A stretch of DNA of 62,177 nucleotides, counting the filler, from Chiloscyllium plagiosum (taxonomy: Eukaryota): NCBI RefSeq assembly GCF_004010195.1. It is 4 parts of one record of this genome, joined end to end, with 100 filler letters (N's around TTAATTAATTAA, not from the genome) between each part and the next. Parts side by side here need not be neighbours in the genome. Positions count along the whole stretch, not along the records: positions 1 to 28,159 come from NC_057711.1; positions 28,260 to 47,600 come from NC_057711.1; 2 more parts are not named here. One strand, given 5' to 3'. A program made the translations under genes and the position numbers. The notes under the pieces were generated by a model. That model saw nothing but the letters and a program-made list of their open reading frames with translations. It ran no database searches and was not told where the DNA came from. Shown here in pieces: positions 27,388-40,184 of this stretch; within the stretch, counting starts at the first letter, position 1; each line of letters begins with the position of its first letter.

Positions 27388-28159
27388 ATGATCTGGAGAT
27401 GCTGGTATTGGACTGGGGTGTACAAAGTTAAAAATCACACAACACCAGGTTATATTCCAACAGGTTTAATTGGAAGCACACTAGCTTTTGGAGTGACCAC
27501 TATTGCACTATGCACACACACACATCCTTACAGACACACACTCCCAGACTCACACATGCACCCCCTCACAGACTTAAGACACTCTGCCCTCACTACACAC
27601 ACATACACTTTCTCACACTCAAAACTCCCAACCCAGACAGACACACACACACAGACAAAGACCCACATGCACACATATATTTTGTGGGGTGAATTATTAC
27701 TTTCAGGGTTACATTGTACTTTGCTCAAAAACTGCATGCATTCACGTAGAACTCTGAGCTCAAAAACTGCATGAATTTATGTAAAACTTCGTTATCTCAC
27801 TTTTTAGATTATAATCAATCTAAACATCATGGCATAGACAGAGAACACAGGGGGCCAACCCCACTGTCACTATCCCCACCCCCCAGAACCCCGAGGGGAA
27901 CACTACCCCTGCTCATGCCTCCACCCCCATTCCCCCACCATCATATCCACTCCAGGTACTGGCTCCGACCCCACTCCCAGCTCCACATCCACATAAGATC
28001 CCAGCTCCCCGCCCTGCCGAGTTTTCACCATCTCTCCAGACCTCCCACTCACTGAGGACGAACGATCAGTCCTCAGCAAAGGACTCATCTTCGTCCCCCT
28101 CCGTCCACGCATCAATGAATTTAATACACGCCGTGACGTCGAACAATTCTTCCGTCGCC
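27388..28159 (+). mobile_element. Penelope-associated pLTR, (CA)-rich segment and inverted Penelope ORF fragment
   Basis: 27960-28159 is the reverse complement of about 28610-28800 (SVLSKGLIFVPLRPRINEFNTRRDVEQFFRR); 27388-27495 matches 57165-57362. Confidence 0.7.
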
Positions 28160-28259
28160 NNNNNNNNNNNNNNNNNNNNNNNNNNNNNNNNNNNNNNNNN
28201 NNNTTAATTAATTAANNNNNNNNNNNNNNNNNNNNNNNNNNNNNNNNNNNNNNNNNNNN
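28160..28259. other. Assembly gap with synthetic TTAATTAATTAA spacer (also 47601-47700 and 52847-52946)
   Basis: The same N-run/TTAATTAATTAA/N-run layout, 100 nt, appears three times; the motif has stops in all six frames. Confidence 0.95.
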
Positions 28260-29705
28260 GGGTCATGGTCGAGATGGCAGTAGGAAGAGGTGTCCTCAAG
28301 TTGATGTTTGGCTTCAGCAGTGTAGAGGTCAGTGCGCCAGACTACCACTGCGCCCCCTTTATCTGCTGGCTTGATTGTGAGGTCAGGATTAGAGCAGAAG
28401 GATTGGAGGGCTGCACATTGTGAGGGTGAGAGGTTGGAGTGGGAGAGGGGGGGTAGACTGATTGAGGCGGTTAATGTCCCGGCAGCAGTTGGAAGTGAAG
28501 AGGTCGAGGGCGGGTAATAGGCCAGCACGAGGTGTCCAGGTGGATGCAGGGGTCCTCGGAAGGTGGGTGGGAGTCCTGATTGTGAAAGTAAGCTCGGAGG
28601 CAGAGGCGGCGGCGGAAGAAGTGTTTGATTTCACGGCGTGTATTAAATTCATTGATGCGTGGACGGAGGGGCATGAAGGCGAGTCCTTTGCTGAGGACTG
28701 AACATTCGTCCTCAGTGAGGGGGAGGTCTGGAGGGGTGGTGAAAACTCGACAGGGCTGGGAGCTGGGATCTGGTGTGGGTATGGAGCTGGGACTGGGGGT
28801 GAGGTGACAGTGGGATCTTTGGGGGGCATTTCAGCAGAATGCAGGTGAGTGGTGTTGGTGGGCGTTGAAGTGGTGGCAAACACGGCAGTGGGGGGGGGTA
28901 GAAGTCACTGAGCGTGTGACATCAGCGATGATGTGAGGGACTGAAGTGATGTCACGTGTGGTGCATGAGGAATTGTGAGGGGCAGAAGTGGCTGTAGGGG
29001 CGAAAGTGACATCAATCAGCGTGGGGATGGTGGTTGCATGAGCCACATGGCTAATGGCGTCTGAGCAGTTCCAGAGGAATGTTTGAGGAGCGCTGGTGAT
29101 GGAGATGGGTAGATAAAAGTTTGTTGTACTTACAGTTTTTGATGTTTGAAATGGAGTTGAAATACTGTTTGTTGAGAGTATGAATTCTTCTGAGGATATA
29201 ACACAGAAGGGGTCCTTTGCAATTCTAAGACAGTGTGGCTCTCAGGTGAGACAGGGCTGACAGTAGAGAGGTTAGGTGCCAGTGCATTGATGCGAGCGTG
29301 GAGTGGAGGATCCTGAAGGAGAACCGTTGCTGGTGTTTTTGAATCTGTAGTATGTACTGTTTGTCCTGTTCGAATCCAAACTCTGCTGGTTTAAAGGTGG
29401 TCCGGAGTCAGTATGGGATGAGTTGATTATGGAGGCAGGCACTAAGGAAGCAAATGTGGCTGTAGTAGCGAGTTTGGTTCAGGACATGGTTGAAGAGCTT
29501 CAGGGCAGAGGAAATGACCTGGGAGTTGCAGTGGGAGAGGGACTCCCTGAGATTCTTGTAGAGAGAGGAGGAAAACTTCTTCAAGGCAGGCATCCTTGCA
29601 AGAGGATTCACAGTAGGGTTAAAATCAACTACGTAAAAACAATGACTGCAGATGCTGGAAACCAGAGTCTAGATTAGAGTGGTGCTGGAAACCACAACAG
29701 TTCAG
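28260..29705 (-). mobile_element. Penelope-like retroelement, 5' half, frameshifted
   Basis: NPDLTIKPADKGGAVVVWRTDLY (PLE pre-RT motif) and N-terminal SALKLFNHVLNQTRYYSHICFLSACL; pLTR sequence immediately upstream at about 29630-29705. Confidence 0.88.
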
Positions 29706-30094
29706 GTGAGAGTCCATCACCCCCCCTACATTTTCCAGAACTGCATATTTGTTTGAAATGGGGTTAGCCACAGAAGACTCCTGTACTACCTGCCTACCCC
29801 TCCTGCCTTTCCTGGCATTAACCCATCTACCTGAGTGTATCTGCAGTTTTTCTCCCTTCCTATAACTGCCATCCATCACATCCCCAGCTCCTATAAATTC
29901 CTTATTGCCTCTAACTGCTGCTTCAACTGATCCATGCGATATGATAGGATTCACAACCAAAGACACTTCCTGCCGACATAACCATCAGTAACATGAAAAT
30001 TCTCCCTAAACTCCCACATCCGACAGGAAGAGCATATCACTCTACTCAAGGCCGTCTTTGCTGCCTCACAATGTAAAGACCCAGAAAATAGCAC

Positions 30095-30510
30095 TTATGA
30101 AGAAAGATTGAAGGAGCTAGGACTTTTTTTTCATTGGAGCAAAGGAGGATGAGAAGTGACTTGATAGAAGTGTAAAAGATAATGAGAGGCATAGATAGAG
30201 TGGATAGCTAGCGACTTTTTCCAATGGCAGAAATGGCTATCACAAGAGAGCATAACATTAAGGTGATTGAAGGAAGATTTAGGGGAGATGTCAGAGGTAG
30301 GCTCTTAACAGATTGGTGGGTGCATGAACACACTGACAGCAGCAGTGGTGGGTGTCAGACATTAGGGACATTAAAGCAACTCTTCGATAGGCACATGGAT
30401 GATAGTAAAACTAAGGATACATAGGTTAGTTAGAGCTTAGAGTTGGAAAAAAGGTCAGCACAACATCAAGGGCTGAAGGGGCTGTACTGTGTTGTACTGT
30501 ACTATGTTCT
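30095..30510 (+). mobile_element. CR1 LINE 3' fragment
   Basis: Relic of LEQRRMRSDLIEV and a CR1 tail with (CTGT/A) repeats. Confidence 0.7.
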
Positions 30511-33500
30511 AAAATAACTTCACATAAGGTTCAGCCTTAAACATCAATAGTAAAAAGACTTCCTTGTTGAAAATGTAACACCCTAGCAATAAAGACCAAA
30601 ATTCTACTTGACTTCTTAATTATTTGCTGCACCTGTATGCTAACCTTCTGCATATCATGGACCAGAACATATAGATCATTCTGTGATGCACTTTAAAATA
30701 CTGGTCTGCCTTTTGATCCTTTCTACCAAATTGCATAAACCCTCATTTCCTACATTAAACTTCATCTACCAAGATTTTGCAGTCACTCAGTTATGCCTCG
30801 TCCCCTGGAGATTCCTTATGTCCTCCTACTTAGTTTTGTATCATCAGCAAATTTGAATACATTACACTCTGTCTCCATGACAAGTCATCAATACAGATAG
30901 GACCTTGGACTGATCCTTTTGGCCCTCCACTAGTTATGCCCTTCCAACCTAAAAGACTGTTCATACCAAATAGTTTCTGTACATTAACCAATCCTTAATT
31001 CATACAAATACATTACTCACAATACCATACCTACTGCATTCTTCTGCATATATTTTATACTTCTCCTTGCTAGATATGATTATTGATCACTTCTTTACTA
31101 TCTTTACTTTGGTCTCATAACTTTGTTTTTTAGATTTCCTTTGGTTGAAAGCCTCTGCCACCCCCTTAAATAGTTCAAAGCCCCATCTACAATCCTAACT
31201 ATATAATCTGCAAAAACACTGGTCCGAGCATGGTTCAAATGAAGTCCATCTTAATAGAACAGCACTCTTTCCTTAGCATCAGTGTGAGTACCCATAAGAC
31301 CACAAGATATAGCAGCAGAATTAGGGCATTTCGTCCATTAAATCTGCTCTGCTATTCCTTCATGACAGATATGTTGCTCAATCTCATTCTCTTGCCTTAT
31401 TCCTATAACCTTTGGTCCCCTTACTCATCAAGAATCTACCTCTTAATCTGTCTTAAATACACTTTGATTTGTCCTCCATAGTTCTCTGTGGCATTGAGTT
31501 CCACGAATTCCAATGGGTTCCATCCCTGGATGAAGAAATTCCTCATTTCAATTCTAAAGGGTTATGTCCTTGGGTTTTAGTGTCTCCTGCTATTGGAAAC
31601 AACATCTCCACATCCACTCTATCTAGGCCTCTGTATTCAGTAAATTTCAATTAATTCCTTCCCTCTTCCTTGCAAACTCCATCGCATACAGGCCCAGAGT
31701 CTTGAACCACTCCTCAAGCCCTTCATACACGGCATCATTCTTGTAAACCTCCTCTGGATCCCCTCCAAAACAATCACCTCCCTCATTAGTTTCAAGGCCC
31801 ATGGATCAAAACCCATTTCTTCCATACTAATCTTTGAGCCATACATTTACCCCTCTAATCTTACTTAGCCTAGATAAATTTGCTTGTGGCTCAGGTAGTA
31901 ATCCTGAGATTCCCACCTTTGTGGTTCTGCTTTTGTCACAAGCTGCTCACATTACATCAGGTGTCTTTCTCAGTCCTATGTATGTCCTTGGTACTGATGC
32001 AGACCACTCCAGCTGGATCCTTCTCCCACTCCAACAAAACATAGAACACAGAACAGTACAGTATAGGAACAGGCTCTTTGGGTTACTTACAATTAAGTAC
32101 ATTTATATACACAAGTATATGATAACTCTAGGAAGAGCAGGTCCAGTCTATAAGTTGAAGTCACAATCTACTAAGGTGTTAGATATAGGGACTATGGTGG
32201 GAATATTATGCGAGTGGTGTTTTAGGTGTTGAACCAGGGTGTGTTTTGGATACTATTTAAAAGCCGATTTGTTTTCGTTTCAATTTATAGAGGAGCTATG
32301 TGGGATTATACTTTTACTGCATGTCTAAAGATCTTTGAATTGGTTAAGTAGAAGGTTTTGTTTATTGCATTTTATCTTCATTTCTGTTGTGAATGAACTT
32401 CTATATTATTATTAAAACAAACTCTGCAGCATTGTGTGTTATGTTTCAGCAAGAGACCACTTTGTTAAAACCCAAAACAGAATCAAAATATGATCCATTA
32501 AGCCAGATTTATATTTGGGATCGGATTTGTCCAGTTACAACTTCAGCAGGACAAAATGTTGAGCCCAGAGTCACTATTCTAAGAAATCACTTTAATGCAC
32601 CCCAAGTTCCTCTTGCAATTATTAGGATGAAATTTTGAAGCTGTACTATAATGTGCATCTCTGATAAATTTGTGACAGGTTTCTACTTGTTTGAGGAAGA
32701 CTAACTGCTTACACAGAATGATAATTAATCATTTAAGTAAATACACATTTAATTTTGAATGTTTAAACCTTTGTTCAGGGTACGGCTTCTAAATTGACTT
32801 TTAAAATACAAAAATAGTGCTAATAAAACTGGAGTAGTAATCCAGAGGCTGAATAAGATGAAAAATGAAAGTTCCAATTCTGTTAAATTTTAAGAAACTA
32901 AATTCAATTTAGAAATAAAATCTGGAAATAAGTAATCTGGTATCAGTAAATTTGACAATAGAACAGACAGATTCCGTAAAAAAAAATCTGATTTTCTAAT
33001 ACCCTCTTAAAACAAAAAGCAAGGAAGGAAAGATGGTTATATGCAACTGAAATCCTACATCAACATGGCTGCTCTTAGGTTGCCTATCAAAGGACAAATG
33101 TCTTCTCATGGTAGCTAAGGAATTAGAATATGTCAGCCTTTTCAATGTTGCCTACATCCAAAACTGAATTAAAAACATTAATCCACCAGTTAAATCACAC
33201 TCTCTTTAATACACCTGTATACATAGTAGTTTCTTTTTGTCCTTGGGATTTAGCAATGCTAGAAAGACAGCTTTTTGTACTCATTCCCAGTTCCACCAAA
33301 GGGAATTATTAACCAGTGTGGAACCCAAGTCACAAGTAGGCCAGATCAGGTAGTTTGCGCAGCAGGGTTCCACAACAGCAACAAGATAAATGGATAAATC
33401 TTTTTCAGATGTGTTGAATGCGGGAAATCACAAAATCATGTTGAAAATGGCAAGGTGTTGAGGACTGCTTCTAGCAAACAGCACAGATATTACTACCTTG

Positions 33501-33596
33501 TGTGTGGTTACATGACTTAAGAGTTCCACTTGAGGTGCACAGGGAAAAAAAAAGTTGCAGCTACTCACATAAGACATTAAACAATGGGAAGCTTAC

Positions 33597-33757
33597 CAGG
33601 TCTTTATTCTCTTTGGAGTGAGTCGACTTTTCTGAATCATGTTATCCACTAAGTAGTAAAGCAGCACTGTTATTCCAGCAACGTAAAACATGATATAGAG
33701 GATGAAGGTTGCATGCACACAACAAAAGGGCACTTCAAACTGTTGTTGAATGTTATC
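33597..33757 (-). CDS. Exon E (transmembrane segment 2)
   Basis: tttgttgaaactacag| ... ACCTG|gtaagc; 161 nt, phase 0 to 2. Encodes DNIQQQFEVPFCCVHATFILYIMFYVAGITVLLYYLVDNMIQKSRLTPKRIKT(W). Confidence 0.85.
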
Positions 33758-34769
33758 CTGTAGTTTCAACAAATTACACCAAGAAAGAAATTACATTTAA
33801 TATCAATAACTTTTAAAAAAACAATTTCAAAAGAACAGAGGTAATAACATTGCTGAAGTTCAACTGAAAGACCAGATCTTGAAACATAGTTTGCACAGAT
33901 TCCCACTCAGGTGGGAAACATTGGCAGCTAGGAAATCATGGAACCTTGGACTGGAAGCAACTGATATGCTGTTTCATTCTTAGAAAACCTGGCATTTCTA
34001 AGATACTGGAGCAATCTATGTCCATAAGTAGCAAGACCCTGGCAGTATCCAAGTTTGAGCTAATAAGTGGCAAGTAACAGTCATGGCACAGGCAATGACC
34101 ACTTCCAACAAGAGAGAATACAACCAACTCCCCATAACATTCAACAGTATTACCATTGCTGAATCCTGCACTATAAACATTCTGGGATTACCAGTGATCA
34201 GAAATGAAATGCAAACAGCCTTACAAATACTGTTATGGGTCATCATTTCAGAAAACAAATCAGCATAAGTTTGCTGAAGTTTATTCAACTTAGAACTGTA
34301 CAAATGTACAATATTCAAGTTAATCATGAATTTTGAGCCAAAGTGTACAAAATATTCTACTTGTGCTCATATTTTCCCATACAGCCAGTTAGAAACATGC
34401 ACGTTTGAGGGAATTGAGACTAGATCAAGTCAAAACTATAAAAACAGACATGTTTATGCAGTATTTTGCAGTAACATACCAAGCTACTCCCAAGTTAATA
34501 ACTGTCAATATTTAAAAAAAAACACAACTTAACCCAACCATGTGTTAAAATTTGGAAGCTGCTCATCATATTTTCCTAGATTTTTTTCGAAAAAGTCTGT
34601 TCAAAGTTTAAGTATGAATCACAGTTTCTTTTCCCTCTTAAATTTAAGACTCCCACATATCAGAAGGCAGTCTAGTTCCAGCTCAGCAAACGTGTTAATC
34701 TCTAATAGTATTCTGGATCAAGTCATTTTTATTCATTTCTTACCCCCTCACCCATTAGAGATTTGAAGA

Positions 34770-34958
34770 TGGCTTTTCCTTCATTAGGGACAGATGACTG
34801 GTGGGATTTAACCTGAGGATCACCACACTTCAGGCGAGCGGAAAGATTGAGAAGGATAGTCCTTCATGATAACCTCAGCCAGTGTAGGAACTGAACCCAT
34901 GCTATTAGCATCAGTCTGTATCACAAACCAGCCATTCAGCCAACTGAGCTAAGCAATC
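34770..34958 (-). mobile_element. Third tRNA-derived SINE
   Basis: Minus strand TAGCTCAGTTGG (A box) ... GGTTCAGTTCC (B box) followed by a non-tRNA body. Confidence 0.5.
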
Positions 34959-37429
34959 CTATGTTATTAATATATCAATACATATATAATATACTTATGC
35001 AGTATTTTGTACCAGTATGTGAAGCTGCTTCCCAGTTATCTACATAATTGTGTATTGAGAGGACAACATGACTCCAAACCTCCTTAGAGTCTGGTTTAAG
35101 CAGAGGAAATAATCAAATCCAAGACGTGACAGTGATAGCCCGGAATAGCAAGGCAATATGTGATGAAGTGCTGCGTCAGTGAAATTTAAGTCAACATAAA
35201 TAAAGGGAAAATCTTGCAACTAGTTGGATTCATGCTCAGGTAATGCTCCAAAAGCTTATCATTTCAAATAAACCTGCTGGATGATAAAATCAGTCACATG
35301 ACACCAGGTTGTCAACACCAGCACTTCCACATCATGGACATTCAATGAGATCATGGCTGACTTGTGGCCTATTTCCAATTACCTGCCTTTGGCCATATCT
35401 TTTGCGATACACACAAAAAAAATTCTCAGATTTAAAACTCTAACAACTGATCTAGCATCAACTGCCATTTGTGGAAGAGAGTTCCAAACCTGTACTACCT
35501 TCTGTTTAAAAATGCTCCCTATGATCTCTCCAGAACGGTCTAGCTTCAATTCTCAGACTGTGGTCCCCTAGTTCTAGAATCTCCAATAAGTGGAAAGAGT
35601 TGATGTTTATCTACCCTGACTTTTCCTGTTAATATCTTGAAGATTTGATCAGACTACCCCTTAACCTTCTAAATTATACAGAAAAACAGACCTAATTTGT
35701 ATAATCTCTCTTTATAACTTAATCCTTCACATCCAGGTATCATTCTTGCAGACCTATGTTGTACACCCTCCAAGGACGATATATCCTTGCTAAGGTGTGG
35801 TGCCTATGTCTGCTCACAGTATTCCAAGTAGAGACAGAAGTGCAGTTGTTATTTGCTGATGATTTGCCCAGTATTCATTTCCAGTTACACCTGCTCAGAT
35901 AATGAAACAAGAGAATTCAGACCTAGGCTGATAGATGACAAATAATGGTGACAATGGTCATTGCCGGACATTGGCATGCTGCAAATAAGAGAGAATCTAA
36001 TCACCGACTGCACTCATATCCCATCTTGACAATCAACTGATTAAAACCACCAAGGTTCCCATCACCCCCATCTTGGGCTTACCATGGATTAGAAAGTTGA
36101 CTAAATATGAATATTCTGGTCAGACTCCAGGTATTCTACAGAAAAAGATACACCTCCTGGCTCAGCATAAATCAGCAGTCTGATGGTTTCCACTTGCCTG
36201 AATGAATGTAGCTCTAGCAACAGGTCAAGAAGCTAGACACCATCCAGGATAAAGCAGCCTACATGCTTCATACCACATCCACAATCTTTAACATTCACTC
36301 TCTCCAAATGAGAGTGCTGCATTGTGGGTAATATACAAACTACACTGACAACTCTAAATCTCTTTTGATCGTGCCTTCTAAACTCACATTGTCCACTCCG
36401 AGAAGGATAAGGATAGCAGGGAATATAGCAGTAGCTGAGAATTCCTTTCCAAGTCTCTCACCATCTTGAAGTGGCAAAAATAATTTTGCTTCTTTTATTG
36501 TGAACTCCTTACCTAGCATTATTAGACTGCTGTATTTTAAGATACAGCTTCTGAAGGGAAAACTGGGGATGGTAGTAAATAGTCTTTGCCAGTGAGGCCC
36601 ACAAACTGTAAATAAATAATAAAGCCATCCCCCAAAATAAACCCCACTTAATCCATGGTTTTACAATTCCAATTTTTAAAATGATTCCTCTTAAAACCTT
36701 TTTGAACACATGCCAATTTGTAGGATTAGTATTTTGCACAAAAACTTTTGGACAAATAAGTTCAACTGCACCATTTTCTTTTAAGCTGCATTTTCTGGCA
36801 CTTCATTTGGTTGCAGTTCTGATCGTGTCAGCAGATGGCATGAGAATATTCCACTAGTACAGTTACTTAAACTCTTGGATAATACTCAAAACTTTAAATG
36901 GAATATGTTATGTCTGGAATATGCAGAGCACTGTCAGCCATCTAACTCAGCTTCAACAAGCGACATAACTATTATTAAGGTAGTTGTTGTTGTAGCTTAA
37001 AGCAAGGAGCCAAATCGTGCACAGCAATGTCCTGCAGCCATGAGTTAAACGATCAATGATCTGTTTTGAAAGATGGTGGCTGAGGGAGAAATATTGTTCG
37101 TGGCAGGAGAACACTGTTGTTCTTTTTCAAATCGTGCAATGAGATCATTCATATCCATCTGAGACAGAGGGGTTTAATGCGTCAACCAAATGATTATATA
37201 TCCCATCAGTACTCCACATAAGTCCTAGTCTACTTTACAAATCAGGTCTCTGGAGTAGGGCTTAGATGCAAGTAAGTGGGCCATCATTAGGCTACCTTAA
37301 ATTAATGGTTAAATAGGGGAGCAACATAGGTTTCATGATAATAGCGAAGCAATGGCATTTTGTAGTTTATGTAGGTTGGTCAGGAAAGTATCAGCCAATT
37401 CTAGCTTTGATGCTCCAACTGTTCATTAC

Positions 37430-37566
37430 CAGTAGTTTCCAGAAATCCTTGTGCCACCTTATGAGCGATTGGTTGAGTGCTACTTCTGAGCTCCTTGCAA
37501 TAGGGTGTTGCCCATGGAATGTCCTGACTCTCCCACTGTAGTAATTTAAGTGTAACAGTAATGGGC
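37430..37566 (-). CDS. Exon D
   Basis: Strong acceptor ctatttgtttttttttttag| and donor CTG|gtaatg; 137 nt, phase 1 to 0. Encodes (G)PLLLHLNYYSGRVRTFHGQHPIARSSEVALNQSLIRWHKDFWKLL and is phase-compatible with both neighbours. Confidence 0.82.
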
Positions 37567-38010
37567 CTAAAAAAAAAAACAAATAGAAGTTATTAATTAG
37601 CACTGCCACAGTGATTTGCTGTATCTACTAAAGCTACAGAATAATGAGATTCAAGATTACATTGCTCAGGTGGCATAAAACTTCATGGGAGACGGAACTC
37701 AGAGGATCAGAGACTCAAATGCAAAAAAGTTTCAAGCCATCAAGTTTTCTCCTGCCAGATCAATCTATGATAAGCAGAGTGCAAAAATTTAAATCCTCAT
37801 TAAACATTTCAATCTGAGGAAACAATGTAAATTCTAGATATTAAAATAAAATGTTCGGTCCTTCAACATTCACAACTGAGGAAATATATTTTGGAAAGAA
37901 ACACTTCAGCAAAATCTCCTCTGCTGCACACAGCTTCGTTTTACAGTCAAACCTATGAAGAATAATTTAAATAAGGCTTTAGCTTTTCTGTTGCTAAATG
38001 GAGCACATAC

Positions 38011-38128
38011 CATGCAAGTATTCAAACAAGGTGACGACAGCAAAAATTAGGAGCAAAGATGATATAGTGAGAACAAGTACTTCTCTTTTAGTAAGTCGCA
38101 TATCATCCATGTCTGGCCATAGGCTGAC
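38011..38128 (-). CDS. Exon C (transmembrane segment 1)
   Basis: tttctatatttgcag| ... CATG|gtatgt; 118 nt, phase 0 to 1. Encodes VSLWPDMDDMRLTKREVLVLTISSLLLIFAVVTLFEYLH, with a clear hydrophobic stretch of about 20 aa. Confidence 0.85.
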
Positions 38129-38369
38129 CTGCAAATATAGAAATTGGATCATCAGATGTTAAATTTAAAGAAAGGTCTTGTACTTATTGGTTAGCTTTAT
38201 TTTTAAAAAAATATAACAATTCTTTTTGCTAATCAAAATGATGTTCTTCAATATTGGGAAAGGAAACATTGTGGTTAAAGTATAGCAGAGCTAGATGCAG
38301 ACTAAAATTCTTTCTACACTGCATCATTATATCTTGATGTAGACTTTTATATAAATTCTACATACCATT

Positions 38370-39300
38370 GTATAAATGATGTGGATTTGAACCTGGGAGG
38401 GTTGATCAATAAGTTCACAGATGATACGATATTGGTGGGGTGGTAAATAGTGAAGACAATATTAGATTACAAAAGGACATAGGCCTATCTGACCAACCTA
38501 TCAGTGACAAGTGGTATTTAATCTGGAAAAAAAGACAGGTGATGCTCTTGGGCAGGACATACAATACAAGGGAATACCTGATGAACGTCGGATCCTGGGA
38601 AGCACGGAGGATCAGAAGGACCTTGGGTGTGCATGTTCATTGGTCCCTTAAGGTAGTGTGGCAGGTAGATAAAGGGGTTAAGGTGGCATAAGATACTTGC
38701 CTTTATCAGCCAAGGCAAACAATTTAAGAGGAGGGACCCTATGCTGGAACTATACAAAATGTTAGGAAGGCCACCAATAGAGTAGTGTGTGGAGTTCTGA
38801 AATCCACATTATAGGAGGGATGTAATGAAAATGAATTAGGTGCAGAGGAAATTTACCAGAATGTCACCTGGGGTGGAGTATTTTAATTATGAAATGTGAT
38901 TGGAGAGACTGGAGGTGTTTTCTTTGGAAACAAAACAGGAGACTATGAAATTATGAGGGATATAGACAGGATAGACTGGAAGAAACGTTTCCTGTTGGTG
39001 GAGAGATAAATGACAAGGGAGAATAGATTTAAAGGGCAGGAGGTTTGGAGTGGGTGTAAAGAAAAAAAAGGTTTCGGTCAGAGGGTGGTGGGAATTTGGA
39101 ACTCTCTGCCTGTAAAGTTGGAGGAGGCAGGAACACTCATAACATTTAAGTATTCAGATATACACTTGTGATGCCAAGGCATACAAAGCTATGGGTCAAG
39201 TGTTAGTAATTTGGAATTAAAATACTTAGCTAGTTGTTTTTGACCAGCATATAGACTCAACAGGCCAGTGGGCCTTTTTCTGTGCTGTAAAGCTCTGACA
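38370..39300 (+). mobile_element. Decayed CR1 LINE 3' portion
   Basis: KFTDDT near 38410-38428, QRVVGIWNSLP and CR1 tail. Confidence 0.78.
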
Positions 39301-40184
39301 CAACCAAAAGGGGTCATAACAGAAAACGCGAAGGATTTTCCTCTCCTCGGAAAAGCTAGAACTGGGGCCGCTTTTATAAAGTGAATCAACAGAGACAAGG
39401 AGAATATTTGATGTTTTTATAGTTTTCACTCTGAATCCACTTAGGAAACTCCTTATCAGATGAGAGAGGAGAAAGAATGACAAAGGCATGAAGTATTTAC
39501 AGACTGCCACTTTGAAGTGCAACACTAAGGACTTGAAATACAAAAGCTTACAGTTCCCTCAATGTAAACTGCTTCAAATACAAGACCAGTCCTTTAATAA
39601 CAGTAGAATGTGTTATTTCATAACAAGTAGTTGAAAAGAAACAAGAGTGGAGATTAGAAAACAAAGCTGTTTGTTTCAAAATCAAACATTCTTTAACTGA
39701 AAAAGATACAACTTCCATAACCATTACACTTTTACTACTGGTTATGGGACACAGCTCATGAGATTATGGAATGCCTTGGTTAAAGCAATGATGTGACACC
39801 AGCATATGTTCAAGATGATGTTGTGACCCGAAGGGAGTGATAATAATATAAGAAATGCATTGTTACAGTTTGCAGTCATGTTACATCCACACATACTCCC
39901 CTTCCGCGCAAAGAATAGAATGATAAAGAAGTTACATCCCCCCGAGATTGAAAATTATATACAATGCCATCCTTTAATTCATTCTCCCATCATGTTACAC
40001 AGTTTACACAAGTCCTTACCTACCCAATTTACTCACTCATTAAACTCAGCTGTGAGTGAGTTAATTATACAATTAATGCTCATTTCATAATTAAGGCATT
40101 TTGACTCACTAACAGTTAAAATCTGCACTTACTCAATGAGTAATAAATGTTAAAAACATTACACAAAGGGATAAAAATTCATTA

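Noticed and set aside
28204..28215. TTAATTAATTAA palindrome repeated three times in the window
   Set aside because: Embedded in N-runs with the same layout each time; a scaffolding spacer, not biology.
34225..34295. Minus-strand exon-like SKLNKLQQTYADLFSEMMTHNSI
   Set aside because: Phase is incompatible with exons D and E, which already join in frame; it also abuts a LINE fragment.
39552..39696. Open minus-strand GT-AG segment between exons B and C
   Set aside because: Phase 1 to 2 does not fit exon C (phase 0), and the composition is intron-like.
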